DNA of 49,607 nucleotides from Deltaproteobacteria bacterium (GTDB lineage: Bacteria; Myxococcota_A; Polyangia; Polyangiales; Houyiibacteriaceae), in contig JAXMNT010000057.1 in NCBI GenBank assembly GCA_034670305.1, forward strand, positions 1 to 49,607, in the 5' to 3' direction. The notes beneath the pieces were generated by a model that saw only the letters and a program-made list of their open reading frames with translations, made no database searches and was not told where the DNA came from. The position numbers and the translations under genes were made by a program. Of the stretch, positions 1 to 8,345 are shown in pieces (position 1 is the stretch's first letter; each line of letters begins with the position of its first letter).

Positions 1-121
1 GCTGGGCATCGCGCTCCGATTCGCGCCTCGCCGTCGCGAAACACACGGCGTCCACGACGCGGGCAAGGGCACGGGCAAGGGCAACGGCAAGGGAGCAGGT
101 CGCTTTTCAGCGACCTGCTAG
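1..121. mobile_element. MITE/REP-like element, variant B, right part only (truncated by window start)
   Basis: Nearly identical to 21590-21711 (about three differences). Ends in the perfect hairpin AGCAGGTCGCT-TTTC-AGCGACCTGCT followed by CTAG (118-121). Confidence 0.8.
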
Positions 122-179
122 AGCGCCGTCCTCCGCCGGTTTCTCTGGCCTCGGCTCAGCTTCGGGATGGCCCCCCTGG

Positions 180-1046
180 CTACAAGCGTTGGCGGAGTCG
201 TTCCATGGTGTCGCGGGCGCGCTGCGCGGCGGCTGGGTCGCGGCTGGCGACTTCGGCGACGAAACGTTCGTAGGTCTCGAGTGCGAGCGCGTACTGACCG
301 ACCTGCTCGTAGCAGACGGCCAGATCGAAGAGGGGACCTTCGCCGCGCGCGCCGAGCGCGAGCGCGCGGACATAGTGCGGAATCGCCTCGTCGTAGCGGG
401 TGGCGGCGCGGAGCGTGATGGCAAGGTTCAGGTGGATCTCGTGGTTGTTCTCGTTGGCCGTTTGTTCGAGCGCCTGGGTGAGCAGCACGATGGCTTGCTC
501 GTTCATGCGCTCCCGGCGGTACACCACCGCGAGGTTGTTCAGCAGCTGGGCATCCTCCGGCGCCCGTTCCAGACCCGCCTGATAGGCGCGCATGGCGTCT
601 TCGTTCCGGCGGAGGCGGCGGTACGCCATGCCCAGGTTCGCCCAGTTGCTGGCTTCGTCCGGTTCCAGCTCGCACGCCCGGCGGAGCGGCTCGATCGCTT
701 GGTCGTAGCGGCGGAGCCGAATGAGGACCGCGCCCACCATCCCGTGGGAGTTGGCGTTCTGTGGCTGGAGCTCCGCTGCGCGGCGGAACGATCGCAGGGC
801 GGGCTCGAGCAGCCCCTCACGGCGTTGAATGGTGCCGGTCGAGAAGTGGGCTGCGGCGTGGCTTGGGCGCAGGCGCGTCGCGACGCGGCACTCTTCGAGC
901 GCCTGTTGCATGCGTCCGGCCTGCTTGTGAACCAGGCACATCCGGTAGTGCACCTCGGCTTCGTCGGCGGATGCCTCCGACACCGGGAAGACCGTGGCCG
1001 TCAAAACGACCGAGAGTACGACTTTCTCTGCAACCCCAAAACGCAT
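180..1046 (-). CDS. Secreted tetratricopeptide-repeat protein
   Basis: Start re-called to ATG 1046 (MRFGVAEKVVLSVVLTATVF...ASA signal peptide). About 7 TPR units such as AAAHFSTG, SNWANLGMAY, QLLNNLAVVY and PLFDLAVCY. Confidence 0.85.
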   Translation of the reverse strand: MRFGVAEKVVLSVVLTATVFPVSEASADEAEVHYRMCLVHKQAGRMQQALEECRVATRLRPSHAAAHFSTGTIQRREGLLEPALRSFRRAAELQPQNANSHGMVGAVLIRLRRYDQAIEPLRRACELEPDEASNWANLGMAYRRLRRNEDAMRAYQAGLERAPEDAQLLNNLAVVYRRERMNEQAIVLLTQALEQTANENNHEIHLNLAITLRAATRYDEAIPHYVRALALGARGEGPLFDLAVCYEQVGQYALALETYERFVAEVASRDPAAAQRARDTMERLRQRL

Positions 1047-1176
1047 CACGCCTCCACAGCGAGCCCCGGAGCGGGGCACCCGTCTGAGACGGGCCTCACT
1101 CCGGCGCATTCACCGAGGACTCTACGAGACCCCCCGACAGACCACCAGCCTGGTGTTGGGCCGGTGTCGCCATCAC

Positions 1177-4155
1177 TCAAAGCCATCGCCTCCGCTGCCA
1201 GATCCCGAACGCCCCCAGGACGAGCAGCGCCGAGGGCACCGATCCGGCGCCGGTCGTCCGGCATGCGCATCCGCCGCCCGAGGGCGCGTCCACGCCACCG
1301 GGATCGGGCGGCGGCACGCCACCACCATCGCTGCCGCCAGGGCCACCGTCGCCGCCACTGGGCCCCGCGTCCGAGCCGCCCGGGCCGGCGTCGGCCCCCA
1401 TCGGGCCTGCGTCGGTGCCGCCTGCGGTCGACTCGTCGTCGTCCAGGGCGTCCGCGCATTCGGCATCGAACGGGAAGTCGATGTTCCCGTCCCCGTCGTC
1501 GTCGATGCCGTTCGCGCACTGAGGCAGGCGCGATTCGCTTCGGTCGTCGGCGGACTCGCATCCTTCGTCGTCCGGAAAGTCGGTGTCTCCGTCGCCGTCG
1601 TTGTCGAGACCGTCGGAACATTCGGCGCCGCCGGTCTCGTCGGTGTCGAGCAGCGAGCTGCACCCGAGGTCCGCTGGGTAGTCGATGTCGCCGTCGCCGT
1701 CGTTGTCGATGCCGTCGGCGCACGCGGGCGTGCTGGCTTCGTCGACGTCGTCGGGCGAGTCGCAGTCCGCGTCGTCCGGGAAGTCGATGTCGCCGTCGCC
1801 GTCGTTGTCGATGCCGTCGCTGCATGCGGCGCCGCGGGATTCACCCACGACCGTGAGCTCCACCGATGGGAGGCTCTCGAGTTCTCCAGCGGACTGCGCC
1901 GTCGCGAACACCCCCTGGCCCACGAAGAGGGTGGGCGTGGTGACGTCGAAGTTGCCGCCCGCGCCGCTCGTGTCTTCCACGACCGCCACGCCGTTCAGGT
2001 AGACGCGGATCGTCGCGCCCGCGCCTTCGGTGGTGTTGCCGCCGACCGAAGTGGTGCCTGCGAAGAGCGGACCGGTGAGCACCGGTGCGTCCGAGCGCCG
2101 GGTCCCGACGACCACTTCGCCCACTTCGGCGATCGAGTCGTGCACTGTCTCGCCGTCTTCGTCCCGGTAGGTCGTGGCGACGCGGCTGCGGTAGGCGCCG
2201 GCCGGATGCGCGGCGGGAACCGCCATCCGGAAGACGAACTCGGACGATCCGCCGGCCGCGATGTCGTTCAGGTCGGTGAAGGTGACGAAGTTGGCGGCGG
2301 CGGTGGGCACGTTGGCCACGCCGTCGAGCGTGGCGCTGCCTGCAACGAACGTGAACCCTTCCGGGAGCTCGTACTGAACGCGGCATCCGCCGGCCGCGCA
2401 GCCGTCGCCTTGCGTGTCGCCGGTGCTGAGGCTCGTGACGGTGCCGGTGTAGGTGACCTCGCCCGGCGGATCGAGTCGGTCGGGGCTGGCTTCGAGCGCC
2501 AGGTCGAGCACCGTCAGCGCTTTGATGACCGTGAACGCGATGGTCTGAAACCCAGGGTCGGGCAGCTGACGCGAGGTGAAGATGGCGCGACCGATCGTCG
2601 AGTCGCCGCGGCCGCCGCCTCGGGCGACGGCCCCGATCTCGAAGTCGAACTCTTCGCCCGGCAGGAGCTCGCCGATGTCCCACGAGATGTCGAGTGGGTC
2701 TCCTTCCACAGGGCAACCGGTGCCGTCGCCCATCGTTCCACCGTCGGCGTCGGTGATGTCGACTTCGCCGTTCTCGTAGCAGTAGCGCACCACGACGTCG
2801 TCGTGTGCGTCGGTCGAGAGGTTCTTGCCTCGGATGGTGTACGTGAGCGGTTCGCCTTCGAGCGCGGCCAGTTTGTCCACGTCGAGATCGAACAGGAGGT
2901 TCAACGAAACGCATGCGGGCGCGGGCAAGAAGTAGCGCCACGAGTTGTCCTTGCCATCGTTGCCTTCGGCTTCGGCCGACGCATCGCCTCCGAACACTTC
3001 GCCACAGATGACGTCGGAGTCACTGACGGGATCGAGCGGCGTGCGCACGACCCGGAGCGAGAACTCGCACCGGTACTCTTCACCGACCACCAGCTCGCCG
3101 ACCGCATAGCGCAAGGCGCGGGCGTAGGGGACCGCGGGCATGTCGGGATCGAGCGCGGGGAGCGGGTCGCCGGCGTGGAGCAAGCGGCCGAGCGGGGTTC
3201 CGTCCCCTGCCACCGCGGGCACGCCCACGCGGGCGAGCGGACCGGGGTCCATCACCGGCGGAACCGCGCCGCGCGCGCCGATCTCGGCGCCGAGTGTGCG
3301 GATGCGTTGCCACGGGCCTTCTGCCCCCAAGACGACTTCGTCGATGTCGACCGGCGCAGCGTCCGCTCCGGTGGTGATCGCTTCCATCGTGTAGAACGAC
3401 TGCGGTCCGGCCACGGGGGAGCCGAAGAGGTCCGGCGTGTTGCCGCGCCCGCCGTTCGGGGAGCCGCCGGTGCCGAACGCATAGGCCTGCACGACGTCCC
3501 AGCGGTTGTGCGCGTACGAATCCGGCGCGAGCAGGATCGGCGCGAGCTGACCGAACGCGGTGGGCCTCGGGTCCATGCGCAGGCCGTTGCCGAGCCCGAT
3601 GAACGCATCGCCCGGGACCCGAGTGAGCCGATCGTCGACCGTGTAGAAGATGCCGGTGTCCGCGTAGAGCTGGGACATCGAGCCGCCGAGTTCTCCGTCG
3701 ATCATGACCGAACCGCGTGGTCCGGTGCCGTCGGACGAGTAGCCGCCTCGGTGCGGCGCCACCGTGTTGCCGGTGCGGCTGATCAGGCGCGCGCCGACGA
3801 CTTCGGTGTTCGCGGGAATGTAGATCGTCACGTACCCGCCGAGTCCGCGCACGCCGCCGTTCGGCACGGGTGTGAAGGAGAGGAAGAACGTCAGGACATC
3901 GCCGGCCCGGACCGCGGTGTCGCTGCCTTCGGCGACTTCACCTGGCCGTCCCTGCGGATCGATCAAGGTGGCCGTGCCGCGGTCGATGCGGATCGAGGTG
4001 GCGATCTGCGCCACCGAGTCTGCCCGCGCCGGCGTGCGGAGGAGCCCGGAGAACAGAGCGGCGAGGGCGATGGAGAGTGCGAAACGTTGGAGCACGAAGA
4101 ACCTCGGAGCGAAGGGGGACCAGCACTGGGAGCAAAGGGAGAGGACTCGTCTCAT
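1177..4155 (-). CDS. Large surface protein: DUF11-like Ig domains, four Ca-binding CxDGxDNDGDG repeats, C-terminal MYXO-CTERM sorting signal
   Basis: Signal peptide ending ARA. DUF11-like motifs (GEPLTYTIRGKN, GEVTYTGTVTS, LPEGFTFVAGS). C-terminus GGGCACRTT + hydrophobic stretch + QRRR. ATG overlaps the upstream gene's TGA (4152-4155). Confidence 0.85.
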   Translation of the reverse strand: MRRVLSLCSQCWSPFAPRFFVLQRFALSIALAALFSGLLRTPARADSVAQIATSIRIDRGTATLIDPQGRPGEVAEGSDTAVRAGDVLTFFLSFTPVPNGGVRGLGGYVTIYIPANTEVVGARLISRTGNTVAPHRGGYSSDGTGPRGSVMIDGELGGSMSQLYADTGIFYTVDDRLTRVPGDAFIGLGNGLRMDPRPTAFGQLAPILLAPDSYAHNRWDVVQAYAFGTGGSPNGGRGNTPDLFGSPVAGPQSFYTMEAITTGADAAPVDIDEVVLGAEGPWQRIRTLGAEIGARGAVPPVMDPGPLARVGVPAVAGDGTPLGRLLHAGDPLPALDPDMPAVPYARALRYAVGELVVGEEYRCEFSLRVVRTPLDPVSDSDVICGEVFGGDASAEAEGNDGKDNSWRYFLPAPACVSLNLLFDLDVDKLAALEGEPLTYTIRGKNLSTDAHDDVVVRYCYENGEVDITDADGGTMGDGTGCPVEGDPLDISWDIGELLPGEEFDFEIGAVARGGGRGDSTIGRAIFTSRQLPDPGFQTIAFTVIKALTVLDLALEASPDRLDPPGEVTYTGTVTSLSTGDTQGDGCAAGGCRVQYELPEGFTFVAGSATLDGVANVPTAAANFVTFTDLNDIAAGGSSEFVFRMAVPAAHPAGAYRSRVATTYRDEDGETVHDSIAEVGEVVVGTRRSDAPVLTGPLFAGTTSVGGNTTEGAGATIRVYLNGVAVVEDTSGAGGNFDVTTPTLFVGQGVFATAQSAGELESLPSVELTVVGESRGAACSDGIDNDGDGDIDFPDDADCDSPDDVDEASTPACADGIDNDGDGDIDYPADLGCSSLLDTDETGGAECSDGLDNDGDGDTDFPDDEGCESADDRSESRLPQCANGIDDDGDGNIDFPFDAECADALDDDESTAGGTDAGPMGADAGPGGSDAGPSGGDGGPGGSDGGGVPPPDPGGVDAPSGGGCACRTTGAGSVPSALLVLGAFGIWQRRRWL
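1450..1830 (-). repeat. Four intragenic ~33-aa Cys/Asp repeats (CxDGIDNDGDGDIDFPxDxxC)
   Basis: ACSDGIDNDGDGDIDFPDDADC, ACADGIDNDGDGDIDYPADLGC, ECSDGLDNDGDGDTDFPDDEGC and QCANGIDDDGDGNIDFPFDAEC in the translation. Boundaries approximate. Confidence 0.85.
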
Positions 4156-6068
4156 TCGAGAAACGGAATCTCGAGGTCGCGGGGCACGACGATGTAGACG
4201 CGCCGCACGTCGAGCACGGTGACGGCGTCGCCGAGCACGTGGATGTCGACGGTGAAGAGCTGCACCTGCGGTTGGTGCGGCACGAAGTCGTTCACGGCGG
4301 TGAGGCGGAACTGTACGGTCGAACCCGGGATGACGTTCTCGAAGACGTCCCCGCGGATCGTAGAGCCGTCGGGCGCCGGGGGTTCGGGGGTGATCGACAC
4401 GATGAAGTCGGCGGTGGTGGTGCCGAGCGGGAGTTCTTCACCGCGCTCCCCTTCGGTCTTGCCGACCGGGATCGCGGAGATGTCGAGCGTGCCGAACGAG
4501 GCGAGCTGCTCGATCGCATCGACGATGAGGGCACCGAGGCCGCTGCCGTCGGGCCGCACGTCGAAGACCAGCGGACAGACCGCGTCGCCGCCGACGTCCA
4601 CCGCCGGCCGATCGGCCGCGTCGATGCCGGTCGCGCAGGTGCCATCGGTGGAGGGGATGGTCGCGCGGGTGCCGATGGCGAGCGCTTCGAGCTCGTCTCG
4701 CGGGTCACCTTCGACTCCGTCGTTCTCGGTCGATCGAACGCCGATCACGCGCGCGCCGATCGCGGCCAGATCCAGGATGGTGCCGTCGATGCTCCGGGCT
4801 TCGATGCCGGCTGCGGCGTACGCCTCGGGCGAGTGCGACACCGCGTCGGTGATGTGCACGACGATGGGGAGCGAGTCGGAACGGAACCCAGCGCCTCCGA
4901 TGTCGCCCGGCGAGAAGGGGCCGATGCCGAGCGAGGGGGAGCCGGTGCCGGTCGCCCACTGGTGGAGCGCTTCGAGTCCGGCTTCGGGTGTGTCGAGGCC
5001 GCCGGCCGCCGGAGGCAGCCGATCGACCGCGCTCATCAGCGACCCGAGGTCGGTCGTGATGCCGGTGATGAGCTCGTAGGGGCGGTCCGACGGGAGACCA
5101 AAGGGTTCGACCGGGAAGTCTTCGAACCGGCCCACGCCAAACCCGGCGTTCTCGATCACCGCGGCGACCCCGGGCACGATCAGCGTGTCGATGCTCGCCT
5201 GGATGGCCGCGATCTCCTCGCCGAAGCTTCCGGTGGTGTCGACCGAGAAGAAGACGTCGGCCTGCCGCAACGTCGTCGAGAACTCGAGGATTCCATCTTG
5301 GGGCGGGTCCTCGTACGGGAGCACGAAGTAGAAGTCGCCGTCCGGAATGCTGCTCTCCGGATCGCGCGGGTCGGTGCCCGCGACGCTCTCCACCAAGTCC
5401 GTGACACCGTCGCCATCGGTGTCGGGGTTGATGCGGTCGCTCTCGCACGGCAGCGCGTCGCACGGGTCGACCTCGCCGTCCCCGTCGAGGTCTTCTTGGG
5501 CGTCCGGGAGTCCGTCCCCATCCGAGTCGAGATCCAGGAAGTCCGCGGTCGCGTCGGTGTCGGTGTCGACGTTGCGTTCGATGCGGTCGGGCACGCCGTC
5601 TCCGTCGGAGTCGTCGTCGAGGTAGTTCGGGATCCCATCGCGGTCGGGATCGGAGCGGCCCTCGAGGCGGTCGGGAATGCCGTCGTCGTCGTCGTCTTCG
5701 TCTCGGATGTCGGGGACGCCGTCGCCGTCGGTGTCGATCAGCACCCCGTCGGGGGCGATGCCCTCTCCGTCCGGGATCCCGTCGTTGTCGGAGTCGGTGT
5801 CCCGGAAGTCGGGCATGCCGTCGCCGTCGGTGTCGACCGGCGGGGTGTCGAGGTCGTCGTCTCCGGCTTCGAGGATGTCGGGCACTCCGTCCCCGTCGGT
5901 GTCCAGATCGAGCCAGTCCGGCCACTCGTCGGCGTCGGTGTTGGTCTCGACGTCGAAGCCTTCGTCCCCGTTCCGAATCCCGTCGCCATCCGCGTCGTCT
6001 TCAGAGCTGATGCCGGCGCCGCCGCAGGCCAGGGAGAGAACCAGGGAGCACACCAACGCAAGTCGCAT
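4152..6068 (-). CDS. Lipoprotein with thrombospondin type-3-like DxDxDG repeats and an integrin-beta-like vWA domain (CglD-like architecture)
   Basis: Lipobox LSLAC. About a dozen DxDxDG motifs. MIDAS-like DVFFSVDTTGS, GGLDTPEAGLEAL and GFRSDSLPIVVHITDA. Confidence 0.85.
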   Translation of the reverse strand: MRLALVCSLVLSLACGGAGISSEDDADGDGIRNGDEGFDVETNTDADEWPDWLDLDTDGDGVPDILEAGDDDLDTPPVDTDGDGMPDFRDTDSDNDGIPDGEGIAPDGVLIDTDGDGVPDIRDEDDDDDGIPDRLEGRSDPDRDGIPNYLDDDSDGDGVPDRIERNVDTDTDATADFLDLDSDGDGLPDAQEDLDGDGEVDPCDALPCESDRINPDTDGDGVTDLVESVAGTDPRDPESSIPDGDFYFVLPYEDPPQDGILEFSTTLRQADVFFSVDTTGSFGEEIAAIQASIDTLIVPGVAAVIENAGFGVGRFEDFPVEPFGLPSDRPYELITGITTDLGSLMSAVDRLPPAAGGLDTPEAGLEALHQWATGTGSPSLGIGPFSPGDIGGAGFRSDSLPIVVHITDAVSHSPEAYAAAGIEARSIDGTILDLAAIGARVIGVRSTENDGVEGDPRDELEALAIGTRATIPSTDGTCATGIDAADRPAVDVGGDAVCPLVFDVRPDGSGLGALIVDAIEQLASFGTLDISAIPVGKTEGERGEELPLGTTTADFIVSITPEPPAPDGSTIRGDVFENVIPGSTVQFRLTAVNDFVPHQPQVQLFTVDIHVLGDAVTVLDVRRVYIVVPRDLEIPFLE

Positions 6069-6116
6069 GATCTCTCATGGTGCCACAGCCGAAAACCTTC
6101 AGTCTCGTGGTGCTTT

Positions 6117-8345
6117 TTAGGTTCCGTCGAGGCTGCGGAGGAACGACTCGAGGTCTTCCAGCTCTGCCGGGCTCAGATCCGAGGTGCGCCCGTGCAGGTC
6201 GGTCGCGTTGCGGGTGGTCAGGACCTCCATAAGCGTGGCGGATCCATCGTGCAGAAGCCGCGGCTGGTCGAAGACACCGTGCAAGGACGGCGTGTCGATG
6301 CCCGGCAGCGGACCGCCGAGCCGTCCACCGGATCCCAAACCCAGGGTGCCGACATCGTGCAGGAGGGGGGACCCGGGCGCCTCGAACCGGCTGTCGGAGG
6401 TGGTCTCTCCGCTGTGGCAGTCCGGGCAGCCTCGGCTTTCGAAGAGCGCCCGCCCGCGTTCGGCGGCTGCCGTGAACCCGCCGCCCGGCGCTCGGTGCGG
6501 GGACCGTGGACGTTGGTCGAGTGAGGCCACGTAGGCGGCGAGCGCATCCAGGTCCGCGCTTCGACCGGCTTTGGGTGCGCCGAGCGGATCGGAGGTGGCG
6601 GTCCAGTCGCTTTCGTCCATCAAGCCGCGGCCCCCGAATGCGTTGCGGATGTCGCCTTCGAAGTCCTGGAGCTCGTCGAAGTTGCCGCTCCAGTGCAGCG
6701 GCGCGCCAGGGGTGAGACCGAAGAGCGGCGGGGTGCGCCGGAGGCCCTCACCCCGGTCGGTGAAATCCCACACCCGGTGGTCGGAGTCTCCGTCCAAGTG
6801 GCAATGCGCGCACGCGATGTAGCCGTCGCGCGCCAGGCGGGGGTCCGCGCTGTCCTGGAAGAGCTGCTTGCCCCGCAGCACCTCGGGCGCGAGTGGCTCG
6901 TCTTCGACGGTCCGGAAACGCTCGAAGGGGCGCGGCGCCATTCGGAAGTCGGAGACGTCGTACAGCTCGACGACCCGGTCGACCGGACAATGGACGAAGA
7001 GCGTGTCGCCCACGAGCACGAGGCCCTCCGGCGCGGTGCAGGTTCCGAGGATCGTGCCGGCCGACGTGCGCCCGAAGAGATCGATCCGTTCGATGGCGCG
7101 CTGGCCTCGCATCGCGACGAAGAGGTAGTCGCCGAACGCGTTGTAGATGCCGGCGCCAGCGAGTCCTCGGTTGTCGAACAGTTTGCGGGCTGCGAAGTCC
7201 TCCTCGAAGCCAGAGGACACCGCGCCGTTGGGTTCGAGCCACGAGACGATGGCCCGGACGGTGGTCTCGAACGTGAGCGGGCGCTCGCTCCGGAACGTGC
7301 CTTCGCCGATGTTGGCCTGGGTCGAAGGGAGCGCGACCTCTTGGCCGGTGGGCGAGAAGAGCACCTGCTCGAGGTAGCTCGGGATGCCGCCGCTCTCGCT
7401 GTCGTTGCTGACTTGCGGATCGAAACGCAGCGTGGCGACCGAGGGTTCGGGAACGGGGGTCTCCGGATCGAGGAACACGACTTCTGCGGCGTCGTCGCGC
7501 GAACGCCAGCGCGACACGGCGAGGCGACCGTCGGGCGCGACGGCGATGCCACGGGCGTCCGGAATGGCTGCGAAGGTTCGGCGCAGCGTGCCGTCCGCGA
7601 TCTCTGCGACCTCGCCGGTGCCCTGCAAGCTCACAAAGAAGGACGCGCCGCGCGCGACCACGCCGTAGGGGCGGCTTCCGCGGGGCAAAGAGACGTCGCT
7701 GGACGCGAACGAATCGAGGTCGAAGATCCGAACGGTGTCGCTCGCAGGACAGGCGACCGCCAGTTGAGTGGCGTTCGTCGCGACGGTGCGCGGGCCGTCG
7801 CAGGTGGCGTGGGTGCCACCCGAGCGAACGGGGTCGCCGAGTTCGATCACATGGAGAAGATCGGCGTCCGCGTTCACCGAATAGACCGCGTCGCCTTCGA
7901 CCACGATCGAACTCGACTGGGCGGGCGTGTGCGGCGTCGCACCGATCACCGTCACCAGCGCGCCGGCGGTGCGCACACCGGTCGGGCCGCGCACCGAGAC
8001 GACCACCTGCTGTCGACCGGCGCTCGGCCAGGAGACGGTGGTCCGGTGGGCGCCCGACTCGGGCAAGGTGCGGCCGTCTCCTAGGTTCCACGCGAAGCTC
8101 TCGCCCACACTCCCCGACGCATCGAGGACGACCGCCTCGTCGACGCGCACGTAGGCCGGCGCGACGAGCCTTGCGACCGTCTCCGCGCCTCCGTCGATGG
8201 CGGGCGCATCGCGGACCGCTCCGTCGACGCCCGCGTCGGGTGCATCGTCGTCGGCGCCACACCCCCACACCGCGCACAGGAGAAGCCCGGCGCCGAGCGC
8301 ACACGCCCAAGCGACGGCGGAACGCTGAGGTGTGTCTGGCGTCAC
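6117..8345 (-). CDS. Lipoprotein: PKD domain + YVTN-like beta-propeller + di-haem cytochrome c peroxidase/MauG-superfamily domain
   Basis: Start re-called to GTG 8345, overlapping the upstream TGA. Lipobox VWGC. PKD motif LDASGS...FAWNLGDG. Two CxxCH motifs (CAHCH, CPDCH), plus LHWSG and DTPSL...LHDGS. Confidence 0.85.
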   Translation of the reverse strand: MTPDTPQRSAVAWACALGAGLLLCAVWGCGADDDAPDAGVDGAVRDAPAIDGGAETVARLVAPAYVRVDEAVVLDASGSVGESFAWNLGDGRTLPESGAHRTTVSWPSAGRQQVVVSVRGPTGVRTAGALVTVIGATPHTPAQSSSIVVEGDAVYSVNADADLLHVIELGDPVRSGGTHATCDGPRTVATNATQLAVACPASDTVRIFDLDSFASSDVSLPRGSRPYGVVARGASFFVSLQGTGEVAEIADGTLRRTFAAIPDARGIAVAPDGRLAVSRWRSRDDAAEVVFLDPETPVPEPSVATLRFDPQVSNDSESGGIPSYLEQVLFSPTGQEVALPSTQANIGEGTFRSERPLTFETTVRAIVSWLEPNGAVSSGFEEDFAARKLFDNRGLAGAGIYNAFGDYLFVAMRGQRAIERIDLFGRTSAGTILGTCTAPEGLVLVGDTLFVHCPVDRVVELYDVSDFRMAPRPFERFRTVEDEPLAPEVLRGKQLFQDSADPRLARDGYIACAHCHLDGDSDHRVWDFTDRGEGLRRTPPLFGLTPGAPLHWSGNFDELQDFEGDIRNAFGGRGLMDESDWTATSDPLGAPKAGRSADLDALAAYVASLDQRPRSPHRAPGGGFTAAAERGRALFESRGCPDCHSGETTSDSRFEAPGSPLLHDVGTLGLGSGGRLGGPLPGIDTPSLHGVFDQPRLLHDGSATLMEVLTTRNATDLHGRTSDLSPAELEDLESFLRSLDGT

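Noticed and set aside
128-200. tRNA-like fold between CTCCGCC (131-137) and GGCGGAG (191-197)
   Set aside because: No T-loop (GTTCGA) or D-loop consensus and it overlaps the TPR gene's 3' end; probably a chance GC-rich pairing.
994-6524. Very long + strand ORFs (994-4197, 4077-6524) and similar ones at 12876-14537, 28394-30964, 35045-37360 and 38689-40785
   Set aside because: Antisense shadows of well-supported minus-strand genes. Stop-poor frames are expected at this GC content, and the translations have no recognisable motifs.
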